Below, one piece after another: positions 1 through 8,926 of a DNA stretch of 32,000 nucleotides. Origin of the DNA: a virus; the IMG/VR virus record IMGVR_UViG_3300045988_123843, positions 5,414 through 37,413 of that record; one strand, given 5' to 3'. Below the pieces are notes generated by a model that was not told where the DNA came from, made no database searches, and saw only the letters and a program-made list of their open reading frames with translations. A program made the translations under genes and the position numbers. Position 1 is the stretch's first letter; each line of letters starts with the position of its first letter.

Positions 1-241
1 TCAGATGTCATGGCGATACATGGTGGACGAGGAATCATATGATAGAGATAAAAAGACGTGGACAACACGTAAAGTATCAAAAATTTATGATGTTTCGGCA
101 GTGTCGATTCCTGCAAATGATCAAACATCTATTGAAGCAAGGGCAAAGTCTTTAATGGATGAAGAACGGGTTAAAAAAGATAATGAAAAGAAACGAGAAA
201 GACTAAGTTTGTTGTTGCAGATTAAGGAGGCTATTAATTAA
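1..241 (+). CDS. Prohead maturation protease (HK97/S78-like), C-terminal fragment; gene begins upstream of window
   Basis: Reading frame is open to the window edge. The C-terminal motif DVSAVSIPANDQTSIEARA resembles the conserved end of HK97-type prohead proteases. The stop overlaps the capsid ATG (TAATG at 239-243). Confidence 0.5.
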   Translation, partial: QMSWRYMVDEESYDRDKKTWTTRKVSKIYDVSAVSIPANDQTSIEARAKSLMDEERVKKDNEKKRERLSLLLQIKEAIN

Positions 242-1539
242 TGTTTACAGAGCAACAACTAGCAGCATTCAATGCAATGAATCACGAACAGATTCAAAAA
301 AGATTTAAAGAAATTCAAGATGAGGTCAACAAAAACGATCCTAATACAGACTTGGAAATGTTACAGGCGGAATTTGATATCTTGCAAAAACGTGACAAAG
401 AGTTACAAGGCAAGGTTGCAAAACGTAAAGCGTTCTTAGATACTATGGCAAAATCTATTGTAGATGAAGATGAAGCTTTTGTTACACAACAGGAACAAGC
501 TCGTAGTAAAGCACATCCAAAAATGCCTAGTAAAAAAGGAATGGAAGACGATATGGAGTATCGTAGTGCATTCATGGAATTCGTTCAAAAGGGAAAACAG
601 TCAGAAATCTTAAGACAACGTAGCGCAGAAGCAGGCGTAGCAGCTGATCTAGGTATTTTAATTCCTGAAACAATTGTTCAGAAAGTAATGACTGAATTAA
701 GTAAATCACGTGGTTACTTATACAATGCAGTATTACATACAAATTTCCGTGGCGGTGTTAAATATCCTATCGGTTCATTTAAAGCTACTTTTAAACGTAT
801 TACAGAAACAACAGTATCTGATCGTCAAAAGGCCGGTTCTGTTACAGAATTTGTACAATTTGGATATTTGATTGGTGAAATTCGTTTAGCACGTACATTA
901 CTACAAACTGTATTAACTGTAAATGCATTCGAAACTGAATTAGCAAAAGTTATTGTAGAAGCTTATTTGGAAGCTATGGATCGTGAAATTTTAACGGGTC
1001 AATCTGAAAACAATGAGTGTGAAGGTATTTTAACAGAAGCTAATAAAGTAAGTGGACGTATTAAAGCAGATCACATTATTGAATTTACTGAGGAAGAAAT
1101 GAAAGATTGGAAATCATGGCAAACAAAATTCTTTGCGAAGATTCCATTGTCAATGCGTAAATTAAAACCAGAGTTCGTTATGACTCCTGCAACATATGAA
1201 GCAAACATTAAAACATTGGCTGATCAAAATAATCGTCCTGTTTATGCAGAAACATTTAATCCTATTGATGGCGCAGAACGTGCTACATTCGCAGCTAGAA
1301 CTGTTAATTTCGTTGAAAATGATACGTTTAAAGATTTTAATGAAGCAAAAAACGGTGAATATTTCGGAATGTATTGGGTAGGAAAAGAAGCCTATGCAAT
1401 CAACTCAAATATGCAGTTTGGTGTGAAGAAGTACTGGGATTATGAAAAGAATGAGGAAGTAACTCAGGCATTAGTTATCAATGATGGTAAAGTATTAGAT
1501 CCTCAATACATCTTCTTGTTAAAAAAAAAAGTAGCTTAA
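241..1539 (+). CDS. Major capsid protein (HK97-fold family)
   Basis: 432 aa. It has an N-terminal coiled-coil delta-like region, then a body typical of HK97-type capsids. It sits directly after the protease and before the connector genes. Confidence 0.85.
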   Translation: MFTEQQLAAFNAMNHEQIQKRFKEIQDEVNKNDPNTDLEMLQAEFDILQKRDKELQGKVAKRKAFLDTMAKSIVDEDEAFVTQQEQARSKAHPKMPSKKGMEDDMEYRSAFMEFVQKGKQSEILRQRSAEAGVAADLGILIPETIVQKVMTELSKSRGYLYNAVLHTNFRGGVKYPIGSFKATFKRITETTVSDRQKAGSVTEFVQFGYLIGEIRLARTLLQTVLTVNAFETELAKVIVEAYLEAMDREILTGQSENNECEGILTEANKVSGRIKADHIIEFTEEEMKDWKSWQTKFFAKIPLSMRKLKPEFVMTPATYEANIKTLADQNNRPVYAETFNPIDGAERATFAARTVNFVENDTFKDFNEAKNGEYFGMYWVGKEAYAINSNMQFGVKKYWDYEKNEEVTQALVINDGKVLDPQYIFLLKKKVA

Positions 1540-1685
1540 GCAATGGAGATGTTACAAAAGATGAAAGTCAAACAGGAACACAATCATTAAATGATGAAGA
1601 ACCTGTTGGAACTGATGATGAACCTATTTTATTAGATGATGAGCCTAAGAAAACTACTCGAAAAAGCAGTGCGAAGAAAGCTTAG
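1530..1685 (+). CDS. Putative -1 frame C-terminal extension of the major capsid protein (51 codons, acidic DDEP/EEP-rich)
   Basis: A10 run at 1521-1530 lies just before the capsid stop. The -1 frame is open for 51 codons to TAG 1683-1685 and has no ATG/GTG/TTG of its own. It fills the otherwise empty 1540-1695 gap. Confidence 0.45.
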   Translation, partial: SSLSNGDVTKDESQTGTQSLNDEEPVGTDDEPILLDDEPKKTTRKSSAKKA

Positions 1686-1695
1686 GTGATAGATA

Positions 1696-1998
1696 ATGGC
1701 GTTCAATATTTCTGAAAGCCTTCTAGAACGTGTTAGAACTGCTGCTACAAGAGCTAAATCACATGCTTATGATGATGAAATCAAAACGTATATCAATGCA
1801 TGTTTATACGATTTGGATAGATTAAATATCTTATTTGATGAAGATGATTTAGAAGATGAAATTGTAGTAGCGGTAATAGCATATGTAATGTCAAAATTTG
1901 GTACAACGGATGCTTCAAATAAAGAATCAATGGCTAAAACATATGAGGATTTACGTCAGATTCTTATGACAGATAAATCTCATAAGAAGGTGAAATAG
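1696..1998 (+). CDS. Head-tail connector protein (gp6-like / DNA-packaging family)
   Basis: 100 aa. Size, position after the capsid gene and a helical acidic sequence (DDLEDEIVVAVIAYV) are typical of gp6-like connectors. Confidence 0.55.
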   Translation: MAFNISESLLERVRTAATRAKSHAYDDEIKTYINACLYDLDRLNILFDEDDLEDEIVVAVIAYVMSKFGTTDASNKESMAKTYEDLRQILMTDKSHKKVK

Positions 1999-1999
1999 T

Positions 2000-2335
2000 A
2001 TGGCATATGAATATACTCGTGAGAATAATCTTTACTACGATGTGGCATATCTGATTGAAAAAGAAAGATATGTGGATGCAGATGGTGTGGAACGTGTTAA
2101 TGAAACGGAGAAGGAAGTATTTTGCCGTGTCGGTGGAATTTATTCAAAAGAATTTAATGAAGCCTACCAGGCAGGCATACAGTTAGCGTATAAGCTTGTT
2201 ATTCCTACTATTGATTACAATGATGAAACGACAGTGAAATACAACGACAAAAAGTATGCGGTTTATCGTACATTCCCATCCGGAGATACGATTGAACTAT
2301 ATGTTCAACAGGATGCTGGAGAATGGAAACAGTAA
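2000..2335 (+). CDS. Head closure / head-tail adaptor protein (SPP1 gp16-like)
   Basis: 111 aa. The pattern EKEVFCRVGGIYSKEF...YNDKKYAVYRTF resembles head-tail joining proteins. Gene order is conserved. Confidence 0.55.
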   Translation: MAYEYTRENNLYYDVAYLIEKERYVDADGVERVNETEKEVFCRVGGIYSKEFNEAYQAGIQLAYKLVIPTIDYNDETTVKYNDKKYAVYRTFPSGDTIELYVQQDAGEWKQ

Positions 2336-2661
2336 GACAACAGATTGTAGCTAAATTCACTGAACTTTTAGGTGAAGGACAATTTGTATATGGCAGTTTC
2401 AAATCAAAACCCCATACCCCCTATGGGAATTATGCATTGGATTATACAAATAATTACTTTGCAGACAATAGAACGTATTGTAAGATTGGAACTTACATAT
2501 ATAGATTAGTGACTGATCAAAAAGATTTTGAATTAGAAGCTAAAATCGAAGACATGTTTGATGAACTAGAAATACCATACCAAACCATCACAGATGAAGA
2601 TATAAACACTCAAAAAGTACACTGTACAGAATGGACGGTGACATTAGTTGGCCGTCAATGA
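2323..2661 (+). CDS. Neck / tail-completion protein (family not recognised)
   Basis: 112 aa, overlaps both neighbouring genes, and sits between the adaptor and the gp10-like gene. Confidence 0.4.
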   Translation: METVRQQIVAKFTELLGEGQFVYGSFKSKPHTPYGNYALDYTNNYFADNRTYCKIGTYIYRLVTDQKDFELEAKIEDMFDELEIPYQTITDEDINTQKVHCTEWTVTLVGRQ

Positions 2662-3058
2662 TGTATATTGTGACATTTCGCAGCTTGGGCCTGAAATCAG
2701 AAAGATTATTCAAGAATATAAAGAGCATTCTTTGGCGCAGATTGACAGAGCAGTAGAAGAAACTACAAAAGATTCTAAAGATATTATTAAAGCTAAGGCC
2801 AATGTAGATCATAGAAACACGCGCAGAAAGGGCAAATATAAAAGGTCTATAACATATAAGATAGAACGTGAATTAGCTCATACACGCGGTGTTATTTATG
2901 CGAGTGGCCACGAATACTCATTAACTCATTTACTAGAAAACGGACATAATTTATGGAATTCTCCTAGACGTACACGTGCATTTGAGCACTGGAAGGATGG
3001 AGAAACGAACGCAATCAAGGAACTGCCAAGTTTAATCGAAAAATATTTGAAAGGATAA
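2648..3058 (+). CDS. HK97 gp10-family tail-component protein
   Basis: 136 aa with a TTG start overlapping the previous stop. The motif RGVIYASGHEYSLTHLLENGH resembles the gp10 family signature. Confidence 0.5.
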   Translation: MAVNDVYCDISQLGPEIRKIIQEYKEHSLAQIDRAVEETTKDSKDIIKAKANVDHRNTRRKGKYKRSITYKIERELAHTRGVIYASGHEYSLTHLLENGHNLWNSPRRTRAFEHWKDGETNAIKELPSLIEKYLKG

Positions 3059-3063
3059 AAACT

Positions 3064-3708
3064 ATGGCAGAAAAAAACAAAGTACGATTCGGTCTAAAAA
3101 ATGTACATGTATGTTCTATTACAGAAAGTGCAGGATCAATTACATATGGTTCGCCTACTGCATGGAAAGGTGCTAAATCATTAACTCTAGATCCAGAAGG
3201 AGATACAAATACATATTATGCAGATAACACTGCGTATTTCACAACGAATACAAACAATGGATATTCAGGAAGCTTGGAAATGTCTGAGATTCCTGAAGAA
3301 ATTGAAAAAATGATTTTCAATACAGTGACAACAGAAGAAGGTAACTTAGCAGAAGATGCAAACGTATTGCCTAATAACGTTGCGCTTATGTTCCAATTCG
3401 AAGGTGATGTAAGTGCTACTAAACATATCTTCTATAAAGTTGTATTTGCACGACCAAATGTAGAAGGTGAAACAAAAGAAGAAAGCACTGATCCAAAAAC
3501 TACATCAATGGATATTACAGCAGTTCCTGTTGAGAAAGATGATCATCAATGGGTAAAAGCAAAATGTCGTAAAGGTGATACAAATTATGAGAGTTTCTTT
3601 ACAACTGCTCCAACATTACCTACTCCAAAAGCTGGTGAAATGAGCCAGGAAGAAAGTAAACCGGTAGTTGCACAAAGTGATGATGGAAAGGAAGTGAGCA
3701 CATTATAA
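3064..3708 (+). CDS. Major tail protein (phi13-type)
   Basis: N-terminus KVRFGLKNVHVCSITE...YGSPTAWKGAKSLTLDPEGDTNTYYADN matches my memory of the phi13 major tail family. It lies before the chaperone and tape-measure genes. Confidence 0.75.
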   Translation: MAEKNKVRFGLKNVHVCSITESAGSITYGSPTAWKGAKSLTLDPEGDTNTYYADNTAYFTTNTNNGYSGSLEMSEIPEEIEKMIFNTVTTEEGNLAEDANVLPNNVALMFQFEGDVSATKHIFYKVVFARPNVEGETKEESTDPKTTSMDITAVPVEKDDHQWVKAKCRKGDTNYESFFTTAPTLPTPKAGEMSQEESKPVVAQSDDGKEVSTL

Positions 3709-3730
3709 GAGGGGCAACCCCCTCTTTGTG
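3708..3730 (+). terminator. Hairpin / weak intrinsic terminator after the major tail gene
   Basis: AAGAGGGGCAACCCCCTCTT stem-loop followed by TTGTG. Confidence 0.45.
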
Positions 3731-3737
3731 AGGTTAT

Positions 3738-4169
3738 ATGGAACAGACACTAAGTATTGATGGTAAAAAATATAATTTATTGTATAAAGGCAAAACGGCT
3801 AGCATTTATAGAGATTGTTTCAACAGAGATTTGTTGGTGGATATTCAGGAAGTGCAAATCAAATTTGGCGAAGCTATCGAAAAAAATGTTCGTGAAGGAA
3901 ATCCTGATCGAGATCCTTATTTCACTTTATTACAAGCAAACGGATCTTTATTTTTTGAAAGATTAGTTTGGGCATGTATCAAGACGTATGACACATATCA
4001 TGGAAAAGAAACAAAAGCGTTCCAAGATTTTGTTGATGAAATTGAAGATTATCAAACCTATGTAATGAGCGGAGTTGTTATTCTAGAACAAATTATCAAT
4101 GCAAATAAAGCAACGGTAAAAGATGAATCCGATGAAGTGGTTTTAGATGATAAAAAAAAAGAAGCGTAA
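3738..4169 (+). CDS. Tail assembly chaperone (gpG-like)
   Basis: 143 aa, acidic C-terminus, located between the major tail and tape-measure genes. It ends in a slippery A9 run (4152-4160). Confidence 0.7.
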   Translation: MEQTLSIDGKKYNLLYKGKTASIYRDCFNRDLLVDIQEVQIKFGEAIEKNVREGNPDRDPYFTLLQANGSLFFERLVWACIKTYDTYHGKETKAFQDFVDEIEDYQTYVMSGVVILEQIINANKATVKDESDEVVLDDKKKEA

Positions 4170-4354
4170 GCTACACTGATTTAGTATTAGGTGGATTAAA
4201 TTTAGGATTAAAAATAGATGAAATAGAGGATATGGGCATAGGAAGATTGTTTGATTTGATTATTGCACGTGGAAATATGCAGTCCAAAGTAAATAATTCA
4301 AAAAACAAAATTCGTATTCGTAAAGCAATCCAAAGCGACTTTGACAGATTTTAG
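4160..4354 (+). CDS. gpT-like -1 frameshift extension of the tail chaperone (G-T fusion)
   Basis: The -1 frame from the A9 run is open for 64 codons (RSVSYTDLVLGGLNLGLKIDEIEDMGIGRLFDLI...) to TAG 4352-4354. It has no start codon of its own. Confidence 0.65.
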   Translation, partial: RSVSYTDLVLGGLNLGLKIDEIEDMGIGRLFDLIIARGNMQSKVNNSKNKIRIRKAIQSDFDRF

Positions 4355-4366
4355 GAGGTACTAAAA

Positions 4367-7300
4367 TTGTCAGGTTACAGTCAAGTAAGAGGTATCTCCG
4401 TAAAAATTGATGGAGATACTACAGGCTTTCAAAAAGCAATTAATAAAATAAAATCCGAAACAGCAGGATTAGATAAAACAATGTCAAAACTGAAATCTTC
4501 TATGAAATTCAACGAAGGAGATTTTCAGTCCTTTGCGACATATCAGAACTTGTTACAAGATAAAATCAAAAGCACAACTAAGCAATTGGAAGTCTATAAC
4601 AAGAAACTGATGAATTATCCAAAGACACAGAAGCAGTGGGCCGATGCGGTTTCTTCTGCTACTAAGTCTATTGATAATTACAATCATACATTTAATTCTT
4701 TGAATAAAGAATATGCAGACAACAACAAACAGATCAACGCATGGAAAGAAGCAATTGCGAACGGTACGCGTTCGGCAGAACAAGGTGAAAATGCTATTCA
4801 AAGATTAGCTTCACGAAATGTCACTTTAAAAGAAGCAATGGATGATTGTAATTCAGGCATTGCCGAACAAAAAAAGGTATTGGTTGATTTAGGTAGTACA
4901 TACGAAGATTCTCAACGCACATATCTAGGTTTAAAAGCAGGTGCTTTAGGACTTAAAAATGAATTGGCAGGTATGTCAAAATCATTCATTTCAACGAATG
5001 AAACATTATTAAGACTGTATGATACGTTAGGAAAAGTAAGCTCAAAATCAGAACAGTTTGCAAACACTGTAAAACCATTGTCTATGTTATCTTTTGCAGG
5101 TATTGCAGCCGCTACAAAGACGGCTATTGAGTTTGAAGATGCATGGACTGGTGTTACAAAAACAGTAAATGCAACCCCTCAACAGTTTGAAAAAATCAAT
5201 AAAGGATTAAAAGATCTAGCTCAAAATACCTCGAGCACATATCAAGATATTGCACATTATGCAGAACTTGCAGGACAAATGGGTATCCCTACAGATGCTA
5301 TTGTTGGATTTACTAAAACTATTACAGAATTGGGTGATACTACAAATCTTGTTGGTGAAGAAGCAGCACAAAGTATTGCCAAGTTCTCAAACGTAATGGT
5401 TTCGCAGTCTAAAAAGACGAATACATATTATTCTCGTTTAGGTTCTACAATCGTAGATTTGGGAAATAAATTCTCTACAACCGAAGCAGATATTATGAAT
5501 ATGGCTACTAGATTAGGTGTTGCAGGTAAGATGGTAGGCTTTAACTCTAACCAAGTATTAGGGTTATCAACTGCATTATCTTCATTAGGTATTGAAGCCG
5601 CTGCTGGTGGTAGTTCTGTTTCTAAAATGTTGAAGACAATTGATCTATCTGTTTCAACGGGAGATAAGAAACTACAGAAGTTTGCAGAAGTATCTGGCAT
5701 GACTTCTCAACAATTCCAAAAGGCTTGGGGAGAAGATGCAGCGGGAACATTCTTAAAGTTTGTAGAAGGTATTGGAAAATCGGCGGATGTTACAAAAACA
5801 TTGGATGAATTAGGCATTAAGGAAGTACGTCAAGCACAGTCAATGGGTGCTTTGGCACAAAGTTCGGATGTATTGGCTAGTGCATTAAATGTTTCTAAAA
5901 ATGCATGGAATGACAATACGGCCATGGCAAACGAAGCAGAAAAGCGTTATGCGACATTGAAATCACAACTATCTCAAACATGGGAAGCTATTAAGCAAGC
6001 AGGTAATGAATTAGGTCAGGCATTTACGCCTACTTTAACAGATCTATTAAAGATAGTAAAAAAGGCAGCTAACGCATTCTCTAATTTAGATGAAGGAACG
6101 CAACAGACAATCGCAAAGATGTTATTGTTGACGGCAGCCGCTTATCCAACCGCAAAAGGTGTAAGTAAAGTAGCTGGTGCAACGCAAAGTGCTGTTGGAT
6201 TCTTTACTAAAGCACATCCAAAATTACAAAAGGTAGCGGATGGATTTGGAATTGTTGCAAAAGAAGGAGAAGTAGCAAGTACTTCTATCGTTTCGTTAGG
6301 AAAAGGTTTTGTGTTAACTCATCCAGCTATCACGGCTGTTACAGTTGCACTTGGTGCTTTTGCAGGTGCTGTTGTTTGGGCCGATAAAAAACGCAAGGAA
6401 GCGATGGAAACTGCAAATAAAGAGCTTGCATATAAAGATACAGATTATGCAGTTACATTAAAAGTTATTGATGGTTATGAGAAGTATGCAAAGTCAATGT
6501 CTAAAACTAAGACAAGTATGGGTGAAATTGTAACTCAATATATGCAAAACAACAAAACCGCAAGTCATTTGATGAAAACAATTGAAGATCTTAACGCAAA
6601 AGAATCTTTAAATGCTACGCAAAAGGCTATGCTTGCAGAAGCGGTTATGGAGTTAAATCAACTTTATCCTGATTTGGGAGTAGAAATTGATGAGAATACT
6701 GGAAAACTGAATTTTAATAAAGATGCACATTATGAAAGTATTGATGCAATCAAAGAAAGAATCACTCAGATTCAAGAAGAAACAAAACAAGAAGCGTTGG
6801 CAAGTATCGTAAAGAAAAATGCCACTGCTCGATTGAAAGCGGAATTAAAGAATGCAGAACTAACAGAAAGCATAAAGAGCACAACAGAAGCATTTAAAAA
6901 ATTAAATGCAGAGTATATTGCCGGTCATATATCAATGCAAGATTACATGAATCAATCAAGTGCATTGAAAGAAACTGTATCTACATTATGTACTGATTTA
7001 GCAGACTCATATACAAAACTACATGAAACACAAACTCAGTCTATATTGCAGTCGAATTATTTGGAAACACAGTCGTTTGAACAGATGGGAACAAACATGA
7101 AGATTAAATTGACTGACATTGCAGCACAGGCAGCTCAAGCAGGTATTCGCATTCCTATTGGTATTCAAGAAGGTATTACAAATGGAACTGCAAATGCGGT
7201 AGAAGCAGCTAACTATATGGCTAGTTTGATGAATTTTCAACAACTTGTAGATCAAGCCGGTATGATCGGTGGTTCTATTCCTATGAGTGTAGCCAATAGT

Positions 7301-8140
7301 ATTCTTGCAAATTGTGGAAGTATCACAGAAGCAACCAATGCCATGAACAATTTAATTACATTGGCACAGGCAGTTCAAACTGCTGGTATTGAAGGACAAC
7401 AAATTCCTGCTGATGTAGCTGAAAAAGTTGCTAGTGGACAAATGTCTGTTGGAGATGCGGTAACTAAAATGATGCAAGACACAGATCCGAAAATGAAAGA
7501 AGCCGGTGAAAAGATGAAAAAACAAGCTGACAAATCAATCACTGGTATTGCGGATGCATTTGCGAATGACGGAACTACATCAGCTGCTGTTGGAAGTATG
7601 GGCGGAAAGATGGAAAAATCACTGCAACCTCATTTAGACGGCATGGTTACAAGCTCTGCTAAAGCTTATTCAGATATTAAATCAAATATTGATAAAGCTC
7701 AAAGTTATGCAGACAGTCATCCTATCACAGTTACACATACAACTATAAAAAAGACAAGAGTTGTTGAAGGTGATGACAATAAAAAATATTTCCCACAATC
7801 TTTGTTTAATGCGGATAAACCTGTTGTTGACACGGATATTATGCCAATGAGTGCAGATGCAATCGCTACATATTCTGATATCAGTCCGTATGCATCTGTT
7901 GCGAATGCTACAACAGCTATTATGGGTGGAACTACATCACGAAGCTATGGAAACGTTGGTAATATAAATTTGAGTGCAATCACAAATAGATTGGATCAAA
8001 TGATTAATGCAATTGGAAATTGTGATCTAACAATCAATCTACAACCTATGCAATTGGACGGAAATGTTGTTACAGATACTGTACAAGAAATTATATCAAT
8101 TCGAGATATGTTGAAATCATGGGGAAATGGAGGTTCATAG
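4367..8140 (+). CDS. Tail tape measure protein
   Basis: 1257 aa. TTG start 8 nt after AGGAGG. The TP901-type core motif is present (TGVTKTVNATPQQF...YAELAGQMGIPTD), with long helical and TM-like segments. Confidence 0.9.
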   Translation: MSGYSQVRGISVKIDGDTTGFQKAINKIKSETAGLDKTMSKLKSSMKFNEGDFQSFATYQNLLQDKIKSTTKQLEVYNKKLMNYPKTQKQWADAVSSATKSIDNYNHTFNSLNKEYADNNKQINAWKEAIANGTRSAEQGENAIQRLASRNVTLKEAMDDCNSGIAEQKKVLVDLGSTYEDSQRTYLGLKAGALGLKNELAGMSKSFISTNETLLRLYDTLGKVSSKSEQFANTVKPLSMLSFAGIAAATKTAIEFEDAWTGVTKTVNATPQQFEKINKGLKDLAQNTSSTYQDIAHYAELAGQMGIPTDAIVGFTKTITELGDTTNLVGEEAAQSIAKFSNVMVSQSKKTNTYYSRLGSTIVDLGNKFSTTEADIMNMATRLGVAGKMVGFNSNQVLGLSTALSSLGIEAAAGGSSVSKMLKTIDLSVSTGDKKLQKFAEVSGMTSQQFQKAWGEDAAGTFLKFVEGIGKSADVTKTLDELGIKEVRQAQSMGALAQSSDVLASALNVSKNAWNDNTAMANEAEKRYATLKSQLSQTWEAIKQAGNELGQAFTPTLTDLLKIVKKAANAFSNLDEGTQQTIAKMLLLTAAAYPTAKGVSKVAGATQSAVGFFTKAHPKLQKVADGFGIVAKEGEVASTSIVSLGKGFVLTHPAITAVTVALGAFAGAVVWADKKRKEAMETANKELAYKDTDYAVTLKVIDGYEKYAKSMSKTKTSMGEIVTQYMQNNKTASHLMKTIEDLNAKESLNATQKAMLAEAVMELNQLYPDLGVEIDENTGKLNFNKDAHYESIDAIKERITQIQEETKQEALASIVKKNATARLKAELKNAELTESIKSTTEAFKKLNAEYIAGHISMQDYMNQSSALKETVSTLCTDLADSYTKLHETQTQSILQSNYLETQSFEQMGTNMKIKLTDIAAQAAQAGIRIPIGIQEGITNGTANAVEAANYMASLMNFQQLVDQAGMIGGSIPMSVANSILANCGSITEATNAMNNLITLAQAVQTAGIEGQQIPADVAEKVASGQMSVGDAVTKMMQDTDPKMKEAGEKMKKQADKSITGIADAFANDGTTSAAVGSMGGKMEKSLQPHLDGMVTSSAKAYSDIKSNIDKAQSYADSHPITVTHTTIKKTRVVEGDDNKKYFPQSLFNADKPVVDTDIMPMSADAIATYSDISPYASVANATTAIMGGTTSRSYGNVGNINLSAITNRLDQMINAIGNCDLTINLQPMQLDGNVVTDTVQEIISIRDMLKSWGNGGS

Positions 8141-8141
8141 A

Positions 8142-8924
8142 ATGTATCATTTTAGATTTACACCTGAAAATAAACTGCGTTATACGCAAAATATTATGTA
8201 TTTATTAAAGGTAAGCGAACGTCCTGTTATTCCTATGGCGGAGGAAATTGTAGAAACATCTACACTTGGTGACGGTACTACATCGTATCGTCATACAGGT
8301 GTATATCAAGATCGCAAAATTCCTGTTAAATGCAACTTTGTTTTAAATAGCAAGAAAGAATATCTAGATCGTATCTATAAAATCCAACAATATTTCAATG
8401 GAAATAAAGGAATATTGGAGTTAACTAGTGATGATAGAGAACATTATTGGAAGGTAAAAAATGTAACGTTTGATATGGATTCAAGAGACTTTGGACGAGG
8501 AAGCGAATTTACAATCACATTTATTTGTGAACCTTACAGATACGTAAATAAGTATTCAAGGCCATACGATATTGTAAGTGGAAAAAAGGTAGAACTTGCG
8601 AATTATTATGAAACAGCATATCCAATTTATCGTTTATATAACACTTCCATGAATGCGAAAAACATTACGATCAATTGTAATGGAAATAATTTTACGATCA
8701 CAAATCCTTTTAATAGTACATCGGATATTTCGTATGTTGAAATCAATACGGAAAATTCTTATATGAAAACATACTATAAAAATGGAACGTATAAATATGA
8801 CACATTGAAAACAAGTGGATCTTTTGACGGACTTAAATTTAATTATGGTTCAAATAATGTATTGATCACAACAGATATTGGTGCTATTCGTGCAGAAATT
8901 ATACGTAATTATAGGGAGAAATAA
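8142..8924 (+). CDS. Distal tail protein (Dit)
   Basis: Lies immediately after the tape-measure gene and is about 260 aa. ATG 8142 is preferred over 8127 because GGAGG lies 8 nt upstream. Confidence 0.6.
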   Translation: MYHFRFTPENKLRYTQNIMYLLKVSERPVIPMAEEIVETSTLGDGTTSYRHTGVYQDRKIPVKCNFVLNSKKEYLDRIYKIQQYFNGNKGILELTSDDREHYWKVKNVTFDMDSRDFGRGSEFTITFICEPYRYVNKYSRPYDIVSGKKVELANYYETAYPIYRLYNTSMNAKNITINCNGNNFTITNPFNSTSDISYVEINTENSYMKTYYKNGTYKYDTLKTSGSFDGLKFNYGSNNVLITTDIGAIRAEIIRNYREK

Positions 8925-8926
8925 AG

